Source of the DNA: a virus
Taxonomy: Duplodnaviria; Heunggongvirae; Uroviricota; Caudoviricetes
Strand: one strand, 5' to 3'
Virus record (IMG/VR): IMGVR_UViG_3300021399_000101
Coordinates: 65,630-129,629 of that record
DNA length: 64,000 nt
A model generated the notes under the pieces. The model saw nothing but the letters and a program-made list of their open reading frames with translations. It did no database searches and was not told where the DNA came from. Below, piece by piece: positions 46,638 to 54,896 of this stretch (positions within the stretch are counted from its first letter, which is position 1; every line of letters starts with the position of its first letter). A program made the position numbers and the translations under genes.

Positions 46638-47255
46638 ATGCAGAAAAAGTATATTTTCACTTTGGACAAGTATTACAATGACGAGGAAATTGCAAAGGTT
46701 TCCCCTATTATAGAAAATTTTGTTGATTTCTTTGCTGATGAAAACGGAATCGCAACCCTTAAGCTTAAGGATGACGTTTCTGTTGTTGTGGTTAAAGGAG
46801 AGGGCCTTGTCCTTCACATGGTTCTTGATAATGCAGAGCATTTTACCGCTCTTCCGAAGAAGCTTACCAGAGCAAGAGATTTCCTCAATACATTCATTAC
46901 GGCTATGGCAAAAGAGGTTGACACACAGGCAAAGAAAGTCGAAGCGGAAAAGAAGAGAGCTGCTGATATCGAGTCCGCAAAGGCAAAGGTTGAGTCTGAT
47001 GCTGAGAATTCACTCTTTGATTATATCGGCGGAGCAACTCCCGCAACTAATACTGCCCCGGAGACCAAGACAACTGTTAAGGTGAACGGCGAGGAAGTTA
47101 CAGACCCGGCTGAGAAGCAGAAGGTCATTGACGATATTGACGCAAAGATTGCAGCAATGCGTGAGCGTGCTACAAAGGTCTTTAATGAGACTTTCGATAG
47201 CGTCTTCAAGACGCTCGTAGGTAATGATGATTGGCTCAAGAAATATCTTGGTTAA
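46638..47255 (+). CDS. hypothetical protein (205 aa) with an Ala/Lys/Glu-rich C-terminal half
   Basis: Ribosome-binding site AAGGAGAAAAAGAAATAAAATG. Confidence 0.55.
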   Translation: MQKKYIFTLDKYYNDEEIAKVSPIIENFVDFFADENGIATLKLKDDVSVVVVKGEGLVLHMVLDNAEHFTALPKKLTRARDFLNTFITAMAKEVDTQAKKVEAEKKRAADIESAKAKVESDAENSLFDYIGGATPATNTAPETKTTVKVNGEEVTDPAEKQKVIDDIDAKIAAMRERATKVFNETFDSVFKTLVGNDDWLKKYLG

Positions 47256-47266
47256 TCATCAAAACC

Positions 47267-47295
47267 TTGACAAAAAATCTTAAAAATTTTATAAT
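47267..47295 (+). promoter_or_regulatory. sigma70-like promoter
   Basis: CTTGACAAAAAATCTTAAAAATTTTATAATTAAAG. Confidence 0.55.
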
Positions 47296-47326
47296 TAAAG
47301 TACGAAGAATATAGGAGATTTTTCAT

Positions 47327-47674
47327 ATGAAGAAGTATCGCTTTTATCTGCCTAAGTGGGCAGACGAAGCAACCGCCAGGGCTTACAGAAAAGCTCTTAA
47401 GGATTGGATTGCTGAGAACGAGGGAGAGGTAACTCCTCTCTACGTTAAGGACGATGTTTTTGTTTGGGCAACAGACAAGGACATCTTGCACATGGTCATC
47501 GAGTCACATGATTTCGACAATCTTCCCAAGGTTCTCACAAACTTTGGTTCAGAGATTCTTGAAGTCCTTATGGATGCCGTTATCAACAGAGATGTTGATT
47601 GCGATGATGACTGCGACGAAGAGGACGATGAGTATGATGCAGAGGATGCCCTCTACGAGTATCTCACGGACTAA
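47327..47674 (+). CDS. hypothetical acidic protein (115 aa)
   Basis: Ribosome-binding site ATAGGAGATTTTTCATATG. Confidence 0.5.
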   Translation: MKKYRFYLPKWADEATARAYRKALKDWIAENEGEVTPLYVKDDVFVWATDKDILHMVIESHDFDNLPKVLTNFGSEILEVLMDAVINRDVDCDDDCDEEDDEYDAEDALYEYLTD

Positions 47675-47742
47675 TCGAAACTGATTTTTTTGACATTACT
47701 AGCGTAGGGAACCTGAGAAGGTAAATTGGAAAAAGTATCGTT

Positions 47743-47778
47743 AAGCCTTGGCTGCCCTATGCGCCAAGGCTTTTTTTA
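47743..47778 (+). terminator. rho-independent terminator (AGCCTTGGC...GCCAAGGCT followed by T7)
   Basis: 9-bp stem plus T-run. Confidence 0.65.
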
Positions 47779-47808
47779 TTGACAAAAAATCTTAAAAGGA
47801 ATATAATT
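47779..47808 (+). promoter_or_regulatory. sigma70-like promoter placed 4 nt before the ATG at 47813 (leaderless start possible)
   Basis: ATTGACAAAAAATCTTAAAAGGAATATAATTTGGCATGG. Confidence 0.45.
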
Positions 47809-47812
47809 TGGC

Positions 47813-48709
47813 ATGGATTTTTTAGAGTTTAAGAAACTTGTGTTAGAAAAAGCAAAAGAGAAAAATTTAGACAAAAACGCTTTGATACGTCTAAGAACTG
47901 AACTCTTTCATGCTGAAGTTTATTATAAAGATATCGGCGATTTATATGAAGATTTAACAACAAAAGAAATAAAAACTAAAGCCGGCATCATTCCTTTTGT
48001 ATTAGGACTGTCTGAACTTGATGTAAACGAACCTTTGAAATTTGTTCAAGTAAGGCCGGGAGCAAGCGGCGGTATTGATGTTGACTCAGACTTCTCTGGT
48101 GTCGGTCGTGATTTAATCATTAAGTATTTGAAAGACAAATATGGCGATGATTGCGTCACACCAGTTGGAACAACATCGACACTTCAAATGAAAGTGGCGT
48201 GTAAAGATTTGCTTCGTTACGCTTGTTCAACCGTCGCAGAGGCAAATGAATTTACCAAAGAGCTTGATGATGAAATTTCATTTGAGGAAAATATAAAACA
48301 CTTGTTAGCAGGAACCTCACCAGCGAGAGATATTTACATCAAGTATCAGAAGATACTTGATTTGGTTCCAAGATTTTTAGGAAAAGCAAGAAATATTGGT
48401 AAGCATGCTGGTGGAGTTGTACTAACTCCAAAGCCGATTTGGAATTATTGTCCGGTAGAGTTATCAAGTGATGAAATTGTTACGGCTTTTCCGGAATCGG
48501 GAACGTCGCAGTACCTTGATGAAATAGGCTTGGTCAAACTGGATTTACTTGCAATATCTGTCTTAGATGTTATCCAAGAAACAGTTGACCTTATTGATGA
48601 AGAATTATATTTAATTGAAGAAGACGGAATTCAAAAGATAGTACCGAAATCATATATTGATTTTTGTAAAAACAATGGCATAGAGGTTACTGATGAAGTG
48701 GAGAATTGA
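47813..48709 (+). CDS. dnaE: DNA polymerase III alpha (DnaE) palm-domain fragment. It is an isolated 298-aa piece lacking the PHP N-terminus and the C-terminal fingers, OB and beta-binding parts.
   Basis: GIDVDSDFSG...LIIKYLKDKYG (PDxDxDF catalytic region) and GKHAGGVVL plus GLVKLDLL motifs, collinear with the central part of DnaE. Confidence 0.6.
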   Translation: MDFLEFKKLVLEKAKEKNLDKNALIRLRTELFHAEVYYKDIGDLYEDLTTKEIKTKAGIIPFVLGLSELDVNEPLKFVQVRPGASGGIDVDSDFSGVGRDLIIKYLKDKYGDDCVTPVGTTSTLQMKVACKDLLRYACSTVAEANEFTKELDDEISFEENIKHLLAGTSPARDIYIKYQKILDLVPRFLGKARNIGKHAGGVVLTPKPIWNYCPVELSSDEIVTAFPESGTSQYLDEIGLVKLDLLAISVLDVIQETVDLIDEELYLIEEDGIQKIVPKSYIDFCKNNGIEVTDEVEN

Positions 48710-48875
48710 AATTGATTCAGATGATGTTAAAACGCTCGATTCTGCAATCTTCAAAGTATATCTCGATATAAAAAAGAAAACTTATATAACCAAGCAACCT
48801 ATTCCTAGTTCTTTTACTGAGCTTGATTGTGATTGCAAAGAAAAGGTGAAATATCGCGTGAGCGAGTACGTGTAA
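48693..48875 (+). CDS. small hypothetical protein (60 aa)
   Basis: ORF overlapping the dnaE-fragment end. Confidence 0.35.
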   Translation: MKWRIEIDSDDVKTLDSAIFKVYLDIKKKTYITKQPIPSSFTELDCDCKEKVKYRVSEYV

Positions 48876-48897
48876 GGGGGATATAGGAGATTTATAT

Positions 48898-49299
48898 TTG
48901 TTAGAGGTTTTATATCTATATTTTCAGTATAGAAAATATAATACAAAAATTGCCAGAAAATTAAAAATCCATAGAGACAAAAAATACGAAAAATACATTT
49001 TATTTAATTTGAGAAAAACAAACGCCGAGCTGGAAGAGGATTTGAAAGAGAGTTGCCGGTGTTTTATAAAGTATTATGAGAAGAGAGAGAAAGAATTAGA
49101 TTTTAAAGCCTTAAACTACATTATTTGTAGAATTATGGCGACGTTCTTGGTAACGCAAGATGAGAAAGTTCTAGAACTAGAACAGCAAAATTTCACAAAT
49201 CCTTTTTGTGAAACGTATGTAAGAAGTAAAATTGCATGGTTAAAAGGTGATACCTTCATTGAAAATCATTTGAGCTCCAACATAGAGGCGATTATATAA
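48898..49299 (+). CDS. hypothetical protein (133 aa, TTG/ATG start uncertain)
   Basis: ORF after the dnaE fragment. Confidence 0.4.
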   Translation: MLEVLYLYFQYRKYNTKIARKLKIHRDKKYEKYILFNLRKTNAELEEDLKESCRCFIKYYEKREKELDFKALNYIICRIMATFLVTQDEKVLELEQQNFTNPFCETYVRSKIAWLKGDTFIENHLSSNIEAII

Positions 49300-49576
49300 T
49301 CGCCTCTATTTTTTTGAAAAATTATTTTTTCTAAAAAATTTTAGAAAAATTTTGGGGTTGTCGTACATCCTTCCCTAAAAAAATTATTAAGGGCCCCTGG
49401 CAGAAAGCGGTTCCCTCTCAAAAACGCTGAACTACGAGTTTATTTGGGGTCTTGACAAATTTTTGGAAAAAAATTATAATTTCTCGGATTTTTTTGAACT
49501 TCGAAATTTTTTCGAAATTCGGAACCTTGTTCGACACAAGGGTTGACATTTTTTCTAAAAAATTTTATAATTATAG

Positions 49577-49620
49577 CGTAAGGAACGAGGAACAAACCTC
49601 GGAGCCTTACAACGGAAACT
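49577..49620 (+). ncRNA. candidate short hairpin RNA (GTAAGG-...-CCTTAC outer stem followed by AACGGAAACTGGAAG)
   Basis: Begins at the expected transcription start of the 49543 promoter. Paralog at 49757-49800 has the same outer stem and tail but a different inner hairpin (UUCG loop). Confidence 0.3.
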
Positions 49621-49756
49621 GGAAGTTCAAGAGTTGACAACAATTCTTGAATATGATAAAATTCTAGTGCGAAGAACGAGAGGTTCGCCTCCCGACCTTC
49701 ACAAGTGAAAAGTTCAAGAGTTGACAACAATTCTTGAATATGGTAAAATGGTTGTG

Positions 49757-49800
49757 TAAGGTTGAGGACTTCGGTTCAAGCCTTACAACGGAAACTGGAA
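49757..49800 (+). ncRNA. candidate short hairpin RNA, paralog of 49577-49620
   Basis: GTAAGG-TTGAGGACTTCGGTTCAAG-CCTTAC-AACGGAAACTGGAAG. Confidence 0.3.
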
Positions 49801-50029
49801 GTTCAAGAGTTGACAACAATTCTTGAATATGATAAAATTCTAGTGTGGTCAAAAGGTAGTGGTGCTACCGACCATGCTAGAAACCTCAAGAGTTGACAAC
49901 AACTCTTGAATATGATAAAATAGAAGAGTCAAGAGCGACAATCGGTTGCTTGAGCAACTGACCGACTTGACCGAAATTCTTAAAAATGGTACAATTAAGT
50001 ATCAAACGAGAAAGAAGGAGAAAATAACT

Positions 50030-50389
50030 ATGAAGGAACTTAATGAAATGACTCTTGCTGAGGTTAAGGCTCTTGAGGACGCTATCAAGGCTCGTAAGGC
50101 TGAGCTGAAGGATACTGCCAAGGCTGACAAGGCAAATGCAAACGCAAACACCGTTGAGACTGTCAACTCCATGATTAAGGACAAGACTCTTGCCCTCGGC
50201 ATGAAGGTTATCGTTCTCTACGGTTCGAAGAACGAGGAAGTTGAGGGTGAGCTGGTTGGTGTCCTCTCGACTGACAAGAAGTCCCTTACTGTTGAGTCCA
50301 CCGCCTTCAAGTCCACCAAGGACGGCGAGGAAAACGCTCTCAAGCGTAGGTACATCGACAAGTCAAGGTTTGTTAGGGTTGCTGACTGA
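50030..50389 (+). CDS. small Lys/Ala/Glu-rich protein (119 aa) with strongly biased, high-expression-type codon usage (GCT, AAG, CGT, GAG)
   Basis: Ribosome-binding site AAGGAGAAAATAACTATG. Sits downstream of about seven promoters. Its codon usage differs from neighbouring genes. Confidence 0.65.
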   Translation: MKELNEMTLAEVKALEDAIKARKAELKDTAKADKANANANTVETVNSMIKDKTLALGMKVIVLYGSKNEEVEGELVGVLSTDKKSLTVESTAFKSTKDGEENALKRRYIDKSRFVRVAD

Positions 50390-50430
50390 GCAACCTTGAC
50401 AAAAGGCTTCTGTTCTGTTACAATGTAAGG

Positions 50431-50467
50431 GGTTCGGACGTGTGAGCCCCAAATTTTTTCACTTCGT
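50431..50467 (+). terminator. rho-independent terminator (GGGGTTC-GGACGTGT-GAGCCCC, then AAATTTTTT)
   Basis: 7-bp stem plus T-run. Confidence 0.55.
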
Positions 50468-51480
50468 GTCAAGTTCAAGTGATGACTGTAAAGAGAACCC
50501 GCAAATTCGCAGGTCGGTGGCTTAAATCTTGACTTGAACGATTAAAGGCTTGCATGGAGCGAAAACCCTTACTTCCAAGGGGTTCAGAGTAACTCCAAGC
50601 CACTTGACGGCAATTCTGAAAACTGCTATAATTAAAGCACCAAGTAGGAAATGCTGGAAGTCAGATGGTTAGGCTTTCTCGAAAGGACTATAAACACAAG
50701 TAAAGCCGTTGTTATTGGTTTGGGTGGGTGCTTGACTATCTAAAGAAGCACTACGCAGGGGGTCAGCGTTTAGAGAAGGCTCCAACTGTTTGGTCACAGT
50801 TGACAACTTAAAGTTTCAAGACAACGAAAAGAAAACTAGACTATGTTCACGGCGTAAGGCGGATACATTTACTTTAATAATGAGATACCGCTAACCTCAG
50901 TCCGGCTTGGCAACCGAACGGGTTAAATAGTTGAGCCATGGGGCTTGACGCCAAATCATGAATTTGGTATAATATTTATGTGAGTTGACTGGGGTTTAAT
51001 GGAGGTTGCACTGATGTGTGGTAAAATGTTCCTACCGATTAAGGTTCGATTCCTTAACAACTTATCGGTCACTGTTGGGTATTGAGGCTGAAACAGTGGC
51101 AAGTGATATTGGTATTTTCTAGGGATATTGATGTTGCTAGGCTTATGGCGGTTGCAAACGCCATGCTGAAATAACACTATGGGATTTTATCATAACCGTC
51201 CACCCACGGCACGATGAAACAAGTTCGACTCTTGTTAGTGTTAATAGGGTTTTTGGCAGTTCTGCAGACCCGCTCTAGCGAAGCAAAACTGCAAGTGTTC
51301 TCGTGTTGACCACCATGAGGTAATTCGCCGTTGGGCTGGTCACCCAATAAAGGATAGAGTTAATTGGTATGGTGAAATGCCAAAGTGGGCAGAGTAGACA
51401 CAGGGTTCAAGTCCCTGCTATCCAGTCAAAAGTCAAGTTGAGGGCTTGGCACCAAATCAAAAATTTGGTATAATGTGTGT
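50468..51480 (+). other. about 1 kb non-coding region with at least four consensus-like promoters (near 50585, 50945, 51434 and the upstream 50395), several long hairpins and degenerate tRNA-like T-arm/acceptor modules (e.g. 50984-51070 and 51330-51410)
   Basis: No ORF with a ribosome-binding site on either strand. TTCGATT and TTCAAGT T-loop-like hairpins with flanking complementary acceptor-like strands. Confidence 0.4.
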
Positions 51481-51494
51481 GTGAGGTAAAAAAA

Positions 51495-51707
51495 GTGGAG
51501 ACAAATAAAAACCTTGATGTAAAAAGTTCAGGTATGAGTTGGTCATGGGCAACAACTATTGTCCTTATATTGCTTAAAGCGTTTGATAAAATCAATTGGA
51601 CATGGTTCCAGGTGTTTTTACCTGCAATTTGTGGGGTGGCGTTGAGATTGGTGGTTGCCATCATCTTGATTGCTTTCGCGTCGGTTGTTTCAAAGTATTC
51701 AAACTAA
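51495..51707 (+). CDS. small membrane protein (about 70 aa, GTG start; alternative ATG at 51533)
   Basis: Ribosome-binding site TGAGGTAAAAAAAGTG. Two hydrophobic segments. Confidence 0.4.
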   Translation: METNKNLDVKSSGMSWSWATTIVLILLKAFDKINWTWFQVFLPAICGVALRLVVAIILIAFASVVSKYSN

Positions 51708-51805
51708 GCGGTTCAAGATGCATTTGTCTCGCATCTTGAAAAACTTGACGGCATTTCTCAAAAATGCTATAATTAAGTATCAAGTAAAGAAGGAAGGTGA
51801 ATAAA

Positions 51806-51991
51806 ATGGCTAAAGAGAAGGTTAAGACTTCAAAAACTTTTATCGTTCAGAGAACCTATGAGGTTATCGTTCAGGCTTACGACCGTGACGACGCAATCTC
51901 TCAGGCAGCGATGTTTGACCCGACTCCGGAGAGCATGGTCGGCGTCAAGTGCGGTACTCCGAAGCAGATGAAGAGAACTGATGTGGAGTAA
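51806..51991 (+). CDS. small protein (61 aa) with high-expression-type codon usage
   Basis: Ribosome-binding site AAGGAAGGTGAATAAAATG downstream of the 51745 promoter. Confidence 0.55.
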   Translation: MAKEKVKTSKTFIVQRTYEVIVQAYDRDDAISQAAMFDPTPESMVGVKCGTPKQMKRTDVE

Positions 51992-52062
51992 GAAGGGTAT
52001 CGTCTTATGAGGGGCAGTCGCCCCTTATATCGAATCTTTGATTGAGGTATCGTATGTTCGCT

Positions 52063-52173
52063 AATACTCTTGCTAAAATCTTGATTGTTGTGGCGATTGG
52101 TGCCCCAGTATCATTACTTGTTTGCCTTACAATCAGATGGTGTAGAAAAATTCTAAAGGGGTAAAAAAATGTT
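52063..52173 (+). CDS. small transmembrane peptide (36 aa)
   Basis: Ribosome-binding site TTGAGGTATCGTATG. Hydrophobic. Confidence 0.3.
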
Positions 52174-52558
52174 CGTAAAAAGATTGGGTTTCTTAAAAGC
52201 AGTTTGCCCTCATTGTGGAGCAGAGATAACACTCAGTAATGATGAGTATTTGAAATACCGCAAAGAGGTCGAAGACTATGGCGGTTCAGTTATTACCTGT
52301 CAGAGAAAAGACGAGAACGGTATAAACTCTGATATTAACTATACCAATATGAACTGCCCGGTGTGTAAAGGTTACATACCAATGACTGTTTCTGATGGTA
52401 TTGATTCAGACATCTTCGGCTTCTGTTTCTCAAAATGCGTAACTCCTATCTATGACCCCTTAAAAGAGATAAAAATAGATGATTGCATCAAAAATTTCTT
52501 CGGTGATGATGAAGAGGAAGACGAAGAAGAGGAAGATGGTTGTACCGGCATAAGGTAA
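52169..52558 (+). CDS. Zn-ribbon protein with an acidic C-terminal tail (129 aa)
   Basis: CPHCG...CPVCKG. Ribosome-binding site AAAGGGGTAAAAAAATG. Confidence 0.5.
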   Translation: MFVKRLGFLKAVCPHCGAEITLSNDEYLKYRKEVEDYGGSVITCQRKDENGINSDINYTNMNCPVCKGYIPMTVSDGIDSDIFGFCFSKCVTPIYDPLKEIKIDDCIKNFFGDDEEEDEEEEDGCTGIR

Positions 52559-52599
52559 AAAATCAAACTTGACGAAAACTCTGAAAATTGTTATAATGT

Positions 52600-53160
52600 A
52601 TATGTAAAATGTAACATGGGTTGCTAGCTGGCTTTACGGTGATAGACCGGGCTTATGTTAACTCAAGAAGTTTGGAGCGAAAATCCCTATGGTAACTTTT
52701 GGGAAAGAGTAATCTGTCAAACTTCACGAATGGGTTTGAGGTGTAATTTGGGTACACACAAAAGGGTTCAACTCCCTCTCAGACCTTTTTAATACCGCAT
52801 TTAATTCTAGGGGTGGTATCCTAGCTTGCTCTATCGTTTTTTGAGGTTTCGGGAGTTCAACGAGCAAGTAAAATATTGACAAAAATAAAACCAAGGGATT
52901 GTTTGGCAGGTGGGTTCGACTCCCACACAATCTTTATTCGGTGCGATTGTTGGTAACTGGTTTTCAGCCGTGCGACAAAAATGAGAACTTGTTCCCCTAA
53001 GAGTATGTCGCTAATCTCTTAGGTTTTAATGTTTGCTTGTCTTACTCAATCGAGTATCAATGTTGGTAAACGAGGGTTCGATTCCCTTCAAGCAAAAATT
53101 ATGTGTCAGTAGGAAAGAAAAAATCACGTCAGATGATAAAGAAATCCGAAAGCACTTTAT
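52600..53160 (+). other. cluster of degenerate tRNA-like modules and hairpins downstream of the 52568 promoter
   Basis: Includes a T-arm at 52770-52790, an acceptor plus T-arm minihelix at 52896-52934, an 8-bp hairpin at 52993-53023, and an anticodon-arm-less tRNA-like at 53033-53095 (TTGCTTG acceptor, TACTC/GAGTA D-like arm, AGGG-TTCGATT-CCCT). Confidence 0.35.
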
Positions 53161-53162
53161 AT

Positions 53163-53234
53163 ACCCTCTTGGTGTAGCGGTTAGCACGTGAGATTGTCGA
53201 TCTTTAAGCAGGGGTTCGATTCCCCTAGGGGGTG
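53163..53234 (+). tRNA. tRNA, tentative anticodon GUC (Asp), with a 27:43 mismatch
   Basis: Acceptor ACCCTCT/AGGGGGT. D arm GTGT-AGCGGTTA-GCAC. Anticodon loop TTGTCGA. T arm AGGGG-TTCGATT-CCCCT. Confidence 0.5.
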
Positions 53235-53399
53235 TAAGCAGTAATGATGAGATTTTCGGGGACGCCCGAAAAAGAGCCCTGCCACGCTAATGGCACAGGT
53301 TAACCTATATAGACGTAAGCTGGTTTTGGAGTCATTCTCCAAGAAATGCAAGATATTAAATGCCAGACTTGCAGGAACAGGGGCAAAACTGCTTTTAAT

Positions 53400-53470
53400 G
53401 TTCCCATCGACTAATAGCAGGTCGCTACCTTCTCAGGGTGGAAATATTGGTGCAAATCCATTTGGGAATA
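53400..53470 (+). tRNA. tRNA family member A: acceptor GTTCCCA, anticodon loop TTCTCAG (CUC, Glu), non-canonical T-loop TGCAAAT
   Basis: GTTCCCA-TC-GACT-AATAGCA-GGTC-G-CTACC-TTCTCAG-GGTGG-AAAT-ATTGG-TGCAAAT-CCATT-TGGGAAT-A. Confidence 0.5.
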
Positions 53471-53478
53471 AAAAGAAG

Positions 53479-53508
53479 TTGACAAAAAATTTAAAATTTG
53501 TTATAATA
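53479..53508 (+). promoter_or_regulatory. sigma70-like promoter
   Basis: GTTGACAAAAAATTTAAAATTTGTTATAATATTTG. Confidence 0.5.
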
Positions 53509-53527
53509 TTTGTGTAAGGGGTTATAA

Positions 53528-54025
53528 ATGGTTTATCATTTTGTAAAGCATATTGGTATTGATGTTGAGGCTGATTCGCTTGAACAAGCTATGGATTTCG
53601 TCAATGACATTGATAACTGCGATGATATCATTGAGGATGCTGTATATCACTGTACAGAAGATGATGTCAATGATTTCGCTTCTGATGTCGCTAGTGTTAG
53701 CACCCATTGCGGTTATACAGAATATGCTGGTTATACTGATGATGTTGAAGAGGATGATGATTCTTGGAAGGCAGAAAAGAATTTTTATGACTATCTTACT
53801 GATGATGAGGAAGAGGTTCGTTATGTCATTACCGATAAGGGGCGTGACTGGCTTGCCCATATGAACGGTGAATATCCCGAGTATGACGAAAACAACTATG
53901 ACGAGCATGGTTCTCGTATAAAAGATACCTCAGACGAGGTTGACGAACTTGCCCTGTTTAAAAAGCTATTTTTTGACCTTAAAAAAAAGGCTCATAAAAA
54001 CTCTTTCGCACGGGAGAGACCGTGA
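53528..54025 (+). CDS. acidic hypothetical protein (165 aa)
   Basis: Ribosome-binding site TAAGGGGTTATAAATG after the promoter. Asp/Glu-rich. Confidence 0.6.
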   Translation: MVYHFVKHIGIDVEADSLEQAMDFVNDIDNCDDIIEDAVYHCTEDDVNDFASDVASVSTHCGYTEYAGYTDDVEEDDDSWKAEKNFYDYLTDDEEEVRYVITDKGRDWLAHMNGEYPEYDENNYDEHGSRIKDTSDEVDELALFKKLFFDLKKKAHKNSFARERP

Positions 54026-54259
54026 GGTAGTTACTTACAACTAGCACATTACACTAGAGTCTGAGTAGTGCGAGTGGGCAGGACACGAATGTGCTTTAAT
54101 CTGTGAGAGAAGGTTTCTAAGGGTAGAGTACTATGCGTTTAGAGATTAGCTCGTTCTGCGAAAACCGACACACGAATGCCAAATCCGCTTAAGTCGATTG
54201 TAAGTGCACAAAGTAGAGATAAAGGTCGCCTCGAAGTTAGCAGAGTAGCAGATTTTAAT

Positions 54260-54330
54260 GTTCCCATCGACTAGTAGTAGGTCGCTTGGTTCTCAGCCAA
54301 GAAACATTGGTGCAATTCCATTTGGGAATA
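54260..54330 (+). tRNA. tRNA family member B: anticodon stem CTTGG/CCAAG, loop TTCTCAG (CUC)
   Basis: Same acceptor, D and T arms as member A. The anticodon stem differs by compensatory changes. Confidence 0.5.
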
Positions 54331-54474
54331 AACTTGCGAAAAAATGTTTATAAATAATCTTTGCGGTTTTTATGAATATTTGCACCGTCAAAACTTGATA
54401 CCGGTTTCTCCAGTAGGGAGTCAAAGTAGGGATATAGTTGCCGCCCGAAGTTGGCACCGCTAGCAAGTTATAAT

Positions 54475-54546
54475 GTTCCCTTCGAATAATGGTTAGTTCG
54501 TCAGATTTTCAATCTGAAAACATCGGTTCAACTCCGTTAGGGAATA
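54475..54546 (+). tRNA. tRNA family member C: anticodon loop TTTTCAA (UUC, Glu), canonical T-loop TTCAACT
   Basis: GTTCCCT-TC-GAAT-AATGGTTA-GTTC-G-TCAGA-TTTTCAA-TCTGA-AAAC-ATCGG-TTCAACT-CCGTT-AGGGAAT-A. Confidence 0.6.
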
Positions 54547-54731
54547 TCGGGTTAAACGACACCCACGAAAAGAACGTTAGGCACTAAAAGTTCCACCTTT
54601 ATGGAAGCAAGCATTTTCGATGGTTTTAGCAACAAAACCATAACAACTTGTTTGCTGAGGTACAAGTAGGTAAACGAAGTGGGGGTCGCCAGTGAATGGT
54701 ATACCGAGTGCGATACCTTATTTTTTATAAT

Positions 54732-54801
54732 GTTCCCATCGACTAATGCAGGTCGTCACCTTCTCAGGGTGGAAATATTGGTTCAAGTCCATTTGGGAAT
54801 A
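54732..54801 (+). tRNA. tRNA family member D: anticodon stem TCACC/GGTGG, loop TTCTCAG (CUC), canonical T-loop TTCAAGT
   Basis: GTTCCCA-TC-GACT-AATGCA-GGTC-G-TCACC-TTCTCAG-GGTGG-AAAT-ATTGG-TTCAAGT-CCATT-TGGGAAT-A. Confidence 0.6.
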
Positions 54802-54896
54802 TCTGGTTAAAAAACACCCATTAAAAGAAATTCTCGGTTTGTAGCTTTAGACACCGCCTTGCCTCTTAACGACTGTAAGGTTTTAAAGAACTATGT

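Larger units (their letters stand above)
49453..49990 (+). promoter_or_regulatory. stacked promoter array. Two consensus promoters (49453, 49543) are followed by four tandem units (starting 49625, 49712, 49802, 49884). Each unit has a -35 TTGACA centred in a palindrome TTCAAGAG-TTGACAACAA-TTCTTGAA, followed by -10 TAAAAT. A final TTGACC-17-TACAAT promoter sits at 49966.
   Basis: Four near-identical 38-nt units spaced 82-90 nt apart. Each has 7-9 bp inverted-repeat arms around the -35, which looks like an operator. Confidence 0.6.

Noticed and set aside
46720-47085. 121-aa alternative-frame ORF inside 46638-47255
   Set aside because: Arg/Leu/Ser-rich shadow frame of an Ala/Lys/Glu-rich gene, with no ribosome-binding site.
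53290-53517. 75-aa ORF 53290-53517
   Set aside because: It overlaps a well-folding tRNA-like gene (53400-53470) and a consensus promoter, and has no ribosome-binding site.
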